Positions 23,710-36,801 of a stretch of DNA of 64,000 nucleotides are shown piece by piece. The notes beneath the pieces are model-generated. The model was not told where the DNA came from. It made no database searches and saw only the letters and a program-made list of their open reading frames with translations. Position 1 is the stretch's first letter. The number at the start of each line of letters is the position of its first letter. The DNA is taken from contig NC_082721.1 of the NCBI RefSeq assembly GCF_030144855.1, positions 42,904,001 through 42,968,000 on the forward strand. The letters are read 5' to 3'. Origin of the DNA: Hypanus sabinus. Lineage: Eukaryota. The translations under genes were made by a program, and so were the position numbers.

Positions 23710-25847
23710 TGATTTTTCCTCTTTCTCTGAGGGCATCAGGAGCATCAATCCCACTGATCCAGTGACTACTCTTTCCGTGGGAATCCAGACAGTGAGTGTG
23801 GGCAGACAAGGGCAAGTGAGCCCATCTGGACCAGTGCTGCCCTCATCAAACAGCCAGCAATCAGGGTCACTGATAGTGAGCAGGAGTGTGGACACCCTGG
23901 CTGAGCTTTAACTTGAAATCCCGAGCAGGGACATTGGTTGTGGTAACTGCATTCTCCTTGGTAGATCAATTGATCAATTCTGGAACAGGCAGCACGATGT
24001 GGACGTTGTTCTGTACATCTCAGTAAATGACTTGTATCGACACATTCTATTATATTAAATCTATATGCATATTAACACTGTGATCAATGACACATCTCCC
24101 TTGGATCCATTGCCTCATTGAGTTTTGGTCATCCCATTATGGGAATAACATGGAGGCTTTACAGAGGGTGCAGAAGAGGTTTACCACGATGCTCTCTGAA
24201 GTTGAAGGCAGGTGCTTATAGGAAGGGTTTGGATAGATCTGGTATATTTTTCTCATGATAAAAATGCCTGATACTAGAGGGCATGAATTTATCGAGAAGT
24301 GGGGTAAGTTCAAAGGAGATTTGCAGGACATATGTTTACACAGAGAGTGGCGAGTGCCTAGAATGCACTCACAGAGTTGGTATTGGAGGCAAATATGATA
24401 AGAGGCATTTCAGAGGCTCTTAGGTAGGCACATGGAAGTGCAGAGAAGGAAGACAGATGAACATTGTGGAGGCAGAAAGGAATTGTTTATTAAAGCATTA
24501 ATTAACCTCGTGGCTCAAGAGACCAGTTTCTGTTTTGTACTATCCTATGCCCCTTTCCTATCATCACAGAAATCCAAATATCTCTATTTCTGTTCTACTT
24601 GAGGCACTATGGATTCACTGATTTATGACCTGGGTTTGTATTTTCCAATGGGTGATCATTAATGAATGTCAATGATGCAGTGTGCTGGAACTTCATTTAG
24701 GGGAATTGTCCCATTGGAGTTAATTACTTCATTAGGTTCCACCAGCCTCTGGCATCGAGAATGTTCTTGCAGCCCAAGACAGCTTTGCTGATTTAATCCT
24801 TTAAATAAATTTCCCTCCAAAAGAAAGAAATCCAGGGGCTAAAACCAAACTGTAGACTCCATCAGAACCAAATGCAGGAACTGGCCTTTCTAACTCTCCT
24901 CTGTGTAAACCAGAGAGAGCTGTTGTCAGTCTAAATATATACCAAGTTCATAAGGAACATTTAGGATATCGAAGTATAGGTATTATATAAAAGAAGATAC
25001 AGCAACAAGGGAATGAAGAAAAAGATGAGATTTGTGTGGGAATTATAAAGATTTGGATGTATTGAAGACAAGGCAGTTGGTGGCATGGAAAATGTAGCAG
25101 AGATTTACAAAATGGAGAGTTAAAGGAAGAGACAGAGTGATAGAAACAGAGATGCATGATGTAAAGAATGAGAATTTAGAATTAGAGATGGTACCAAATT
25201 AGGCCAAGTATAGAGGGACAATCCATCAATGGAATGTGGTGGTGGTGGTGGGGGGAGGAATGGTGGTGGTACTGTGAGCCTGAGCAATTACACAAAATCA
25301 AAACACAGGATTTCACATCCTTCTTCACAATCTCACAATCCCAAATGTCCACAAATACATCTATCACAATAAGATTAGAATGACATTGCACAACAAAATC
25401 GGTCAATAACAAACCATTTTGCAGGAGCCAGCACTCTTCCCCCTCTCCCAAAATTAACTCTACTGCTGAGTCAGCACAGAGCACGTGCCACTACAAACAG
25501 GCACTTCTTTAAGACACCACACTCATCAATCAGGGGCCATTCCTGAACGGGAAGCAACAACACACATGACGCATCACCAAATGCCACTGTCCTGGAGGGG
25601 AAAGTACAAACAAAGTGCCCACATTCTACATTAGCCTAACGTGCACCCAATAAGCATAACGTCAGCACAGCCAGACAGGGGCAATGCAATTATGGGGCTA
25701 CTGTTGGGGTTGGGGGTTTGAGGAAATTACTTGTATTGGACCAGCTCAGTCACAGCTGCCTTCCCAACCCTCCAAAATTTGTATAATGTATATACTTGTA
25801 CAGTGATATTGAGCTGGATGTTCCAGTATCCATACCAGAGATGACAA

Positions 25848-26150
25848 GTACCAGAGGGCATGGATTGAGAATAAGAGGTCAGTTATTTAAAACAGAGTTG
25901 AGGAAAAACTTCTTCTCCCAGAGAGTTGTGGAGGTGTGGAATGCACTGGCTCGGAAGACGGTGGAGGCCAATTCTCTGGATGTTTTCAAGAAGGAGCTAG
26001 ATAGATATCTGATGGATAGGGGAATCAAGGGATATGGGGACAAGGCAGGGACTGGGTATTGATAGTGAATGATCAGCCATGATCTCAGAATGGCGGTGCA
26101 GACTCGAGGGGCCGAATGGTCTACTTCTGCACCTATTGTCTATTGTCTAT
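25848..26150 (+). mobile_element. Young 5'-truncated CR1 with 6-bp TSD
   Basis: Near-identical to 45302-45604, with a (CTATTGT)n tail. TGACAA at 25842-25847 and 26151-26156. Confidence 0.9.
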
Positions 26151-27999
26151 TGACAAAGAAACTGGTCAGTATAATGAATGACATTGGAGTAAGTAGGGCA
26201 GGGATGTGGGATGGGGAGGTGGAATCCAGCTTGTCTTGTCCCCATGTGCTGGTCATTTGTTTTAATGATGCTGCTGAAGAAGCCTCGCAGTGAAACACGA
26301 TCCTCACTCGTCCAGACTGATGTCAGCCAGGTTCAGACCACTGAAACCATGCGGGATTTCACTACCTGCACGATCCTCAGCAGTGAAATCTGTCCTTCAG
26401 CAGTTTACTACAGAGTGGGGTGGACTAAATCTGTAGTCATTCCTCTCCCCTCACTGACTCCCCAATTGTTATCCCACTATTGATCAGCTCACTGGTTTGG
26501 ACTGCAGCTAGTTTTGGCAAAATGGTGCAGAGTGAAACAGAACTCAGCAGTCTCAGGGCTGCACAGGTTCCCCTTATTCCCATCTACTTCTTACAGAAGC
26601 AGTGGGCCATACATTGGGAGGATAGATAGAAGGATGCCGAGGTAGCATGTAAGGGGCGTGGTGTCATGCTGATATCTCACAGCTTCAGTTACCCAGATTT
26701 GATTCTGCACTTGTCCATGTGAAATTTGTATGTTCTCTCTGTGACCACTTGAATTACCCACTGATGCTCAATGTTCATCGCATTGTGCAGATATGGGACT
26801 GTATATTTCTCCTTAGTGCAATGAAGCAACAATAGAATCAAAGGGTGCTTGGTGGCATGGATGAGTAAAATGGAACTAGCATCAATGGGGTTACTCTGAA
26901 TGGCCTCATTATGTATTTTGCTACATAACATTTGCAGTTACTGCTGTCATATTTGGTTACTGATAATTTTTCAGTATAACATTACTACAAATGATAATTA
27001 TCTTCCTCCTGTAGGGGGCACTGAGATACCACTTACTGGGAATAGGTTGCTTTGGGATTTTTCAGGTGGGAGAGGTAGGCCTTGACCATTGCATTGTCGA
27101 TAGTTGGTGATTGTGTTTTCTTTTCCAGGAACCTAGTGCTGCAGGTTATATAGTGCTGGGGTATGAGAAACTGAACCTGGGGTCCGACTCAACACAATGA
27201 ATGAAGGAGCACCGAGGAAGGAAAACAATTCTTCCAGGCAAGGATGCAGTTTAACTTGGAGTCAATATTGCAGGTGTTCAAACACTCGGCCAGCTCCTGA
27301 CAACTCCACTAAGTTGGACTAGCCCGAGTCCTTCCTTCTGATGAGCAGGAAGATTCCACGAACCCCTGCCAATCAGATCTGAGCTGGTAATTGGCTACTA
27401 ACTGAACAATGGACAGAATTGTCTGAGGGATGGCTGCGTGAAGCTATTTTGAAGTGAGGTGCAGTTTTGCTCAGTCATACGCAATCTTCAGTGATGTGTC
27501 GTAAATGCACTTAGGTAAATTTCCACATGAACATTGGTTCAGATGAAGTAGATTACTCAGCCTCTTGAAACTACTCTGATGTTCAATCACATTATGGCTG
27601 GTCTTATTGAAATCTTAAAGTTCCAATACTCTATATTCCAGGTAACCGTTCACCCTCTTCCTGATTTGAAAGTATCAATTGATTTTGCTTCCAAAGCCCC
27701 TCGAGAGAAAAAATAAAAAGGTTTATGACCCTCTGAGAGAGAAACAAACTTATCTTCACATCTGTCCTAAATGGACAGCCCTTGATTTTTAAACACTAAA
27801 AATTTGTTCCAGATACTCTTAAAAGAGGAAAAAACCTGCCCATATCCACCCTGCCAAGGAGATGATGATCCAATCAATTTCCCTTTCAGTCTTCAAAACT
27901 CCAGAGGATACAGGCCTCACCTTCCTTCACAAGATGATCTACTCATCAGTGCACTGAATCCAGTAAATGGGAGATCACAGAGAAGAAGCAGGTTCCTCC

Positions 28000-29209
28000 A
28001 CTCAGGTAGCAAAGCTATTGGAGAGGAATCTTAGGCATTGGATTTAGTTACATTTGGAAAAGCATGGGCTTATTACTTAGAGACACATGATAAACAGGCT
28101 AAAATCGGCATGATTAACTCAATGGGAAATCTTGCCTGAAAAGCTTGTTGGAATTCTTTGAATAAATAAGAGCAGGATCAGCTAAGGAGAGTTAGTGCAT
28201 GGTTTTTGACTTGGATTTTCAGAGGCCTTTGATAAGAGCACACGGATAGAAGATTGGCTGACTGGCAGGAGGCAAAGTGTGGGAATAAAGAGGGCTTTTA
28301 GTAGTTGACTGCCATGACTGGTGTTGTTTTGCAGGGGTCAGTGTTGGGACCGCTTCTTTTCCATTTCTGTATCAATGATTTATTTAGATGATGAGATTCA
28401 TAGCCTTATGGGAAAGTTCACGGACAATACAAAGATAGGTGGAGGGGCAGGTTGTGTTGAGGAAGCAGGGAGTATGTGGAAGGACATTGACAGATTCGGA
28501 AAATGGGCGAAGAAATGGCAGATGGAAGACATAGGGAGATGTTTGGCTATGCACTTAGGGAGAAGGAAGAAAGGTTTAGACTATTTCCTTAACAGGGGAA
28601 AAAGTTCACAAATCAGGAGTGAAAAGGGAGTTGGGAGTCATTGTGCAGAATTCCCTGAAGACGAACTTGCAGGGTAAGTCAGTAGTAAGGAAGGCAATTG
28701 TAATTTTAGCATTCCTTTTGAGAGGATGCAATGTTGAGGCTTTACAAGGCATGAGTCAGACCACACAAGGTGAGTACTGTCAGCAGTTTTGGTCCCCCTA
28801 ACTGGGAAAGCATGTACTGGAATTGTAGAAGAGGTTCACGGGAGTGGTCGCTGGAATGAAAAGGTTAACATATGATGAACATTTGATGGCTCTGGACATG
28901 GACTCACTGGAGTTTAGATGAATGAGGAAGGCATCAAATTGAACTCTATTGAATATTGAAAGGACAAGTGGACTGGATGTTTCTAATATCTGTAGAATAT
29001 AGGACTAGGGAATAGAGCCTCAGAATAGGAAGATGTCCCTTTAGAACAGACATGAAAAGGAAGTTCCTTAGCCAGAGGGTGATGAAGCTGTTGAAGCTTT
29101 TGCCACAGGCAGCCTTGGAGGCTGTGATAAAGGTTATATTTAAAACAGAGGTTGATATGTTCTTGATTTGTAAGGGTGTCAAAGTGTACGGGGAGAAAGC
29201 AGGAGTATG
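28000..29209 (+). mobile_element. CR1 RT 3' portion, left part (continues at 34419-34535)
   Basis: QGSVLG / K.TDNTKIGG motifs in decayed frames. The 3' UTR is interrupted by the LTR element and resumes after it. Confidence 0.75.
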
Positions 29210-29658
29210 TGTTGCACTGAGAGACTGAAGTGAACCCAAGTGCAGGACACAGGCACGGAGATTGAGTTTAGATGTTTTACACGGGCATAAACACTGAACA
29301 GCAAGCAAGAGGGATCTTGACACGGAGCCCTGATATGGAACCTTGACATGAAGCTTTGACTCAGAGACTTGACATGGAGTGTTGACTCGGAGAAATGGAG
29401 TCTCATAGGTAACCCCTGAAACTGGAGCTAAATTTAGTCCTAAGCGGTCAGGAAAAGTAGTTTACTCACCGGAAAAAAGACCAACGAACTGGTGACGAGT
29501 GGTTATGATGTATAGGTTCTTAAACTGAGTTTTTGATGGAAACAAGGTGTGCCATCATTAAAGAGAATTGGAAGCAATTTGGGAAATTAACGATTTGGAT
29601 CATGGCCTAATCAAAAATTTAGGAGCAACATAGGGATGTAATGATCGGGACCATGACA
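29210..29658 (-). repeat. 3' LTR of the sushi-type element
   Basis: 449 bp, colinear with 34016-34418 but with an extra ~46 bp internal block. Confidence 0.9.
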
Positions 29659-30786
29659 GTAACCACCCACCCCCACCAACGGGAGTCTCCAAGAGATCCA
29701 CCAGGCTTGTCCGAATGGTCCCGATGGAAATCATGGATGAGGAAAGGGTCCAAAATGAAGAAGCAGGGAATCCAGGAACGTTCCTCCAGGCCGTATCCTT
29801 CCCAATCGACCAGGTATTGGAGGCCCCTGCCTCGGCAGCGCACATCCAGCAATCGCCGGGTGGTGTACGCTGGGTGGTTGTCAATGACCCAGGTGGGTGG
29901 AGAGTGTTTGGCAGGAGGGCATAAAGGGCTGACAGACATCGGCTTCAATTGAGAAATGTGGAATGTAGGATTGATGTGCATAGATTTGGGTAGTTTGAGT
30001 CGGATCGCCGAGGGGTTGATAATACAGTACTCTCAATCTCGAATGGTCCCAGGAAATGGTGGGGGGGGGCGAGTTTCCTGGGCTCTTGAGGGGGATGTCT
30101 CTAGAAGAGAACCAAACCTTCTGCCCAGGCCGAAAATCAGGTGCAGGAATCCGATGGCGATTGGCAATCCTCCGGTTGCAGTCGGCTGAACGGAGCAGGG
30201 CTGCACGTGTGTCTTTTCAGATGTTGCGGCACCAGCGGAGATGGGCCTGAACAGAAGGCACAGCGATGTCATCTTCAAGAACGGAGAACAGAAGGGGTTG
30301 GTAACCGAGGGAGCATTCAAAGGGAGACATTCTGGTGGTGGTGCTGACCAGGGTGTTGTGGGCGTACTCTACCAAGCAAGATGGGTGCTCCAGGCAGACA
30401 GGTTGTTGGTAGTTAGGCAGCACAGTGCTGCTTCCAAATCCTGGTTAGCTCGCTCTGTTTGCTCGTTCATCTGTGGATGAAAACCAGATGACAGATTTAC
30501 TGAGGCTCCAAGGGCTTGACAAAAAGATCTTCAAACTTGAGTGACAAATTGGGGACTCCGGTCAGAAATAATGTCCGAAGGAATCCCGTGAAGACGGAAG
30601 ACATGATGGACGAGAAGGACGGCTGTTTCATGGGCTGTAGGGAGTTTGTAAAGGGCTACGAATTGCATAGCTTTGGAGAAGTGGTCCACCACGGTGAGAA
30701 CTGCAGTGTTCCCGTGTAAAGGGGGTAGTCCAGTGAGACCAAGGGCGACTAGGGACAGGTAAGGGTCGAAGCAATCCAGCAGGTGG

Positions 30787-31872
30787 TCAGTGGGAGGCTT
30801 GTCCACCGGCACAAAGAGAACAGGCCGAGACAAAGGAACGGGTGTCAGCGTCCATGGAGGGCCACCAGATATGTCTCCTTAGGAGGGACAAAATCTGATC
30901 ATACCTGGGATGGCAGGCGAAATGTGATGTGTGCCCCCACTGGAGAACCTGAGATCGAATGGAGACAGGCACAAAGAGGAGATTGGAGGGTCTGTTGCCT
31001 GGGCCTGGCTGAGTCCGTTGAGCCTCTTTGACTATGGCCTCGATCTCCCAGGTGAGGGCAGCCACGACACAGGATGGCAGAAGGATGGTTTCGCGGTTGG
31101 GAAGGCCCTCCTTGGAAATGTATTGATGGGAGAGTGCATCAGGCTTCCTGTTCTTGGACCCCGGATGATAGGTGAGTGTAAATCTGAACTGACCAAAAAA
31201 TAATGCCCAACGGGCCTGACGGGAATTCAGGTGTTTGGTGGTTTGGATATATGCAAGGTTCTTGTGATCAGTCCAGATGATAAATGGATGTTCCGCTCCC
31301 TCCAAATAGTGCCTCCACTCCTCCAAAGCGAGTTTGAATGCCAGTAACTCCCGGTTCCCTATGTCGTAATTTCGTTTGGTGGGGGATAGCCGGTGAGAAA
31401 AGAAGGCACAGTGATGAAGTTTTTGGTCAGGGCCTGAACATTGGGAGAGGACTGCTCCTATCCCAGAGTCAGAGGTGTCGATCTCCACAATGAATTGACA
31501 AAAAGGGTCAGGTTGGACCAGGATGGGAGCAGAGGTGAAACGCCTCTTCAGCTCCAAGAAGACAGCATCCGCTTCGGGGTCCCAGTGAAAAGGGGGCTTA
31601 GGAGATGTGAGATGAGTTAGGGGCACTGCCACTCGGCTGTAATCCCTGATGTAATGACGATAAAAGTTTGCGGACCCCAGAAATCGCTGGAGTTGCTTGA
31701 GTGTTGTAGGTGTTGGCCATTCTGCTACCACCCAGATCTTTTCGGGATCTGCTCTCTCTTGCCCGCTCTCGATGATGTATCCTAAGAAACTAAATGAAGG
31801 AACGTGAAATTCACACTTCTCGGCTTTTATGAAGTTTGTTTTCCCAAAGCCTCTGCAGAACCTGATGGACAT
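30787..31872 (-). pseudogene. Longest open pol segment (RT thumb, RNase H, start of integrase), 361 aa
   Basis: [58 protein letters not shown] zinc finger. Confidence 0.9.
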
Positions 31873-34015
31873 GGTAGGTGTGTTCCTGAAGATTGCTGGA
31901 GAAAATTAAAATGTCATCCAAATAAACAAATATGAAGCGGTTAATGAAATCTCTAAGGACATTGTTTATCAGAGCTTGAAACAGCGGCGGCATTGGTGAG
32001 GCCGAATGGCATGACCAGGTATTTGAAGTGACCAAGAGGGGTGTTGAACACAGTTTTCTTATCATCTCCCTCCCTTATCCTGACCAGATGATAGGCACTT
32101 TGTAGGTCCAACTTGGAGAAGATGGTGGCTCCCTGAAATGGTTCGAAAGCAGAGTTGAGAAGGGGCAGTGGATATGTGTTGTTTTGACCACAACACCTGC
32201 AGTGCACTTTGTGTTTGATATTTGCTCTTTATGGTTATGCTATTTAGGCCTCGGTAGTCAATCATTGGCGCAGTGAGCAGTCCTTCTTTGGAATGGGATG
32301 AGGGCCGGATAATGCCTGCTGCGAGAGATTCATTTAAGTATGCCTCCATTGCCTCCCTTTTTTTGGCCGGGACAAGCTGACTGGTGGGAAGAGGGGCCCC
32401 GGGGAGAAGGTCAATTGCGCAATCATGAGGGCGGTGTGGAGGCAGGGAAATGGCCTGTTGTTTGCTGAATACTTCTCCCAGATCGTGGTACTCTGCTGGA
32501 ACCTTGGATAGGTCGGGGGTCTCAGCTGCAAATGAGGTCACCTTGTCTTTCATAGGGGAAAGGGCCGATTGAAGACGTGGAGTGACAGAGTGGGCTCCAG
32601 CTGTCTATCTTCCCAGTAGACCAGTCAATGTGAGGATTATGTTGGACCAACCACGGATACCCAAGAACTATAGGAGCTTGAGGGGAGGGAATTAAATTAA
32701 ATTGTACTTGCTCCCGATGGTTCCCGGAGAGAATTAGAGACAGGGTGGTGTGCAGTGTGTGACCTGGGCCAGAAGTCTACCGTCCAGCGCCTGGGCCTCC
32801 AGTGGGTCACTCAACGGCTCCAGAGGATTTCCGGCCTGGGAAACTATGTCTTCATCCAGAAGATTGCCCTCAGCACCGGAGTCCATTAGAGCTGACAGAG
32901 GCAGGGATTGTTTGTTGTAACATAAAGTTGCCAGGATCTGCATCCGGGTTCTGGGAACGGAAGGGAACCCTTTCTACTGGTGAGCCTTCCTTCTTTGGCC
33001 GAAGGGGACAGGTAACTTGGAAGTGGCCGGACTGGCTGCAATATAGACACTCAACTGTTCCCAATCTCCGGAATCGTTCTGTGGGGATGAGGCTGTTCTG
33101 TCCCAGCTGCATGAGTTCCTCTCCCGGGAAGGTGGAAGTGGCTGGACTGGGAGCTACTCTTGGAGCAGGAGGAGGAAAGGGATTTGTTCTTGTGGGAGGC
33201 GGAAACGAGTGCCGTGGAGTGGCCAATGGTGGTGAACGACCACATCTTTCCGTATGACGTTCTCGAAGATGGTTGTCCAGACTGGTGGCTAGGGAGATCA
33301 ATGCATCCAGGCTGTCAGTGTCATCCCTTGCTGCCAACTCGTCCTTCACCATGTCACTGAGGCTATTCTGGAAAACCCCTTGGAGTGCCTCATCGTCCCA
33401 CCTCGAGTCGGCCGCTAACATCCGGAACTCCACGGAATACTCGGCGACACTACGGGAGCCCTGACGGAGGGTGAGTAGACACTTAGCGGCATCTTTACCA
33501 TGGACGAGGTGATCAAAGATCTTTCTCATCTGTGATAAAGGTGGGGAATGACGAGAAGATATCCAGCTGATTATTCCAGACTGCCGTAGCCCACTCTAAG
33601 GCATTTCCCCGCAACAACCCTATGATGTAAGCTACCTTGGACTTGTCTGTGGAGTAAGTGGATGAATGCTGATCGAAAACCAAGGAATATTGCAGAAGGA
33701 AGGCCCGGAACTTCCCCAAATCCCCAGCGTTGTGCTCCGGTTCAGGTATGTGTGGCTCTCTTGGCTGATGCATAGGGGGTCGCCACTACAGACTGTCTGG
33801 ATTGGTTTGACTGAGTTCCAGGAGAGGATGGGATAAGATTAGTGGATACACAATCCACCTGGTCATCGATCTTTGTTATGTTAGCAGACAGGGAACGGAG
33901 GTTGTCCATGACATCCCGGAGGAGTTGATCGTGTAGACCCAGAAGGGAGACCTGGCTGGCAAGGACTTGTTGCAGAGTCTTCATGTCCACTGGGTCCATA
34001 GTGGCCAGTTCATTC

Positions 34016-34418
34016 TGTTGCAATGAGTGACTGGAGTGAAGCCAAGTGCAGGACACAGGCACGGAGATTGAGTTTGCATGTGTTACATGGGCGTAAATGC
34101 TGAACAGCAAGCAAGAGGGATCTTGACACGGAACTTTTGACTCAAAGAAACTCATAGGTAACCTTTGAAACTGAAGCTAAACTTAGAACGAATGGTTCTA
34201 AGCGGTCGGGAAACATAGTTTACTCACAGGAAAAAAGACCAACAAACTGGCGACTAGTGGTTGTGACATAGAGGTTCTTACACTGAGTTTTTGAAGGAAA
34301 CCAGGTGTGCCATCATTAAAGACAATTGGAAGCAATTTGGGAAATTAACGATCGGGATCATGGCATAATCAAAGAAAATTAAGAGCAAGATAGGGAATTA
34401 ACGATCGGGACCATGACA
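34016..34418 (-). repeat. 5' LTR of the sushi-type element
   Basis: 403 bp, followed on the minus strand by a non-tRNA PBS (34000-34015) and the gag ATG. Confidence 0.9.
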
Positions 34419-36526
34419 GAATGTGGTTTAGAAGGGTAATGAATCAACCATGAATCAATGGGGTTGAAAAGGACTATAAATCAAACATGACAGAGCTGAC
34501 TCGATGGGTCAAATGGCCTAATTCTGCTCCCGTGTCTTATGGAGATCTTTCAGTGGAAGGAAGATTCCTGATGAAGCAGCAGAACATGCTTGGGTTGCAT
34601 GTATTCCATGAGGAACTGCAGCAGTGATATCACGGGACTGGGACGTTTGAAGTACAACAACCACAACATCTTCCTTCAGGTGAGATATGATTCCATTCAC
34701 TGATGTGCTTTTCTCATGATACCCCATTGATTTCAGTGTAACCAGTACTTGATGGCAAGATTGAGGAGAACAGAACAGGCAACAATAGGAGTTTCTCATT
34801 ATGTGTTTGATAAATTCCACCCATAAGACCACAACACGTAGGGGCAGACACAGGTCATTCAGCTCATCTACTCCGCCATTCCATCATGGCTGATTTATTA
34901 TCCCTCTCATTCCCCTTCTTCTGCCTTGTCCATGTACACGTTGATGCGTTTACTTAATAAGAAACTATCTATCTCCATTTTAATTATACTTTGTGACTTG
35001 GCCAGCATAGCCGACCATTGCAATGAACTCCACAAAATCACCAACCTCTCGCTGAAGAAATTCCTCCTCATCTCTGTTTGAAAGGGACGTCGTTGTTTTC
35101 TGAGACTGTTCCGTCTAGGGGAGGACAGCTTGGGAACAGGTCGGTGTGCGGTTTCTTTGTGTGATGGGAGTGGTGGGTCTTGCCCATTGCAGGGTGGTAT
35201 TTTAGTGAGTGTGCTTTCTTTCTCAGGAACTCAGTGCTGCAGTGTCTATGCTGTTGGAAGTTGAACCTGGGAATTCCCCTGAACTCTACCTTTCTATGCA
35301 AGTGCAAATGGCAGGGGTCAAACTGCCAGCTGTACCAGGATTGCTGGGTCTCTCTTTGCCTCTCGCTCTGTCACCCATCCCACCCCTTTCCCAACTGGTT
35401 CCCTTCCCACATTTCTGTCTCCTGGGCGTTTTTCTCTCTCATCCCCCCTTCGCTATCAGCTGTTTCTCTGTCACTCCCTCTCCCTAACCATCCTATCCAC
35501 CTCTCCTTCCCTCTCTCAGTATCTCTCTTCCTCAGAACAGACACACACTCTTCCTCCCTCTGCCACCACTCTCATGCTCCTCAGTATGAACAGCAGCAGG
35601 GAAGCTGCCATTACCTGAAATCCCGGACTGAATCGACCAGTGGTGACTACCACGGCCATCGAAGTAACGGCAAGGGGGTGAGGGAGAGGTCAGCGGTAGT
35701 GGGCTCTGAGCGAGTTGCTGGGGAGGGAGGGGAAGGGCCAAAATCGGAACAGGATTCGGGAAATGAATGCAGTGGCGCTACAGATTGAGAGAGGGTGAGG
35801 GTTCAGCCTAGGAAACATTGATCGGAGTGGGAAGGAGAAGGGAGGGAGGTCGAGGGTATGACTGGGAGAGTAGTGGAAAGGGGAGCAGTAGCTAGTGTAA
35901 AATAAATCCTGAAACTACTGTGTCTCTGGGCTCCTGTACCTGCATACCATCACCCAATACATAGTTGAGGAACAGTAATTCAATTTATTACAGGGAAGTT
36001 TACATCACTTGTGACCCAACCATTTCAGACACCCAGACTTTCTAGTTTGTGTCAGTATTTATAATTCCTGGAGAAACCTCATTAGCCCAAATCGTACCTA
36101 CAATTTATTCCTCTCTCTATCAGTGCTGCCCCAGAAACTGATTATTTCCAGCCACATTCAAGTTCATTTCCTTTATCAACCTTCCCAAAACCAACTGCTT
36201 TGTTCTCATTTTACATCGCAGCCGAACAGTCAACACATCATCCTGACCCCGACTCTTTCCACAATGGAACTTCCCGTCCCTCGGTGCTGACATTCGGTGT
36301 CCAAAGCTGCCGTAGAGATTTCCTAAATTTCAGGAAACCAGGACTCGAACCAGAGCAGAGAGACGAGTCTCCTCTCTTTTCCCTCCTCCCACTCGATGTT
36401 AGAATAGGAAAAACACGAAAGATGACGAGACACACATGGAAATCATTCCTGCACTGATCATATTTATTGGTAGATAGTCACCGTTACCGTCTGTCAGTCT
36501 GATCCTGACGACAAATCACGAAAACA

Positions 36527-36532
36527 TTTATT
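36527..36532 (-). promoter_or_regulatory. Probable polyadenylation signal of the Ig light-chain C exon
   Basis: AATAAA on the minus strand ~270 nt after the stop codon. A second one is at 36463-36468. Confidence 0.55.
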
Positions 36533-36801
36533 AATAATTCTAATTATTAATAGAAAACCATTCACCGCCTGAAATTTCTAGAAGATATGTAACTGTCCGC
36601 TTCAACATCGTGTAGCCTCTCGGTAGGAAAAAGAGAAAAATCAGCCTCGGGTACAAATATTCCAAGATCAAAATGGAAACTACAGAGAGCGGAACAGAAG
36701 GGAAGTACAGGGATGAGTGAGTCAGTGTGGTAAAGGAAAAGGATGCAAGGTAGTGATCTCCCGTTAATCAGGGAACAAACAAGGCCGAAGTCGCGCACTG
36801 T

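Larger units (their letters stand above)
29210..34418 (-). mobile_element. Full-length Tf1/sushi-type chromovirus (Gypsy) LTR retrotransposon, frameshifted
   Basis: LTRs at 29210-29658 and 34016-34418 with TG..CA ends; 5-bp TSD GTATG/GAATG. Order is gag (ATG 33999), CxxCxxxGHxxxxC, protease DSGA, RT YLDD, RNase H, integrase, chromodomain ([11 protein letters not shown]). Confidence 0.95.

Noticed and set aside
26355-26445. H/ACA snoRNA interpretation of the double hairpin
   Set aside because: No ANANNA hinge box or terminal ACA, and the stems are too short.
35180-35788. 202-aa ORF as a host gene
   Set aside because: Built from CT-rich and GA-rich low-complexity sequence, with a TTG start and no recognisable domain.
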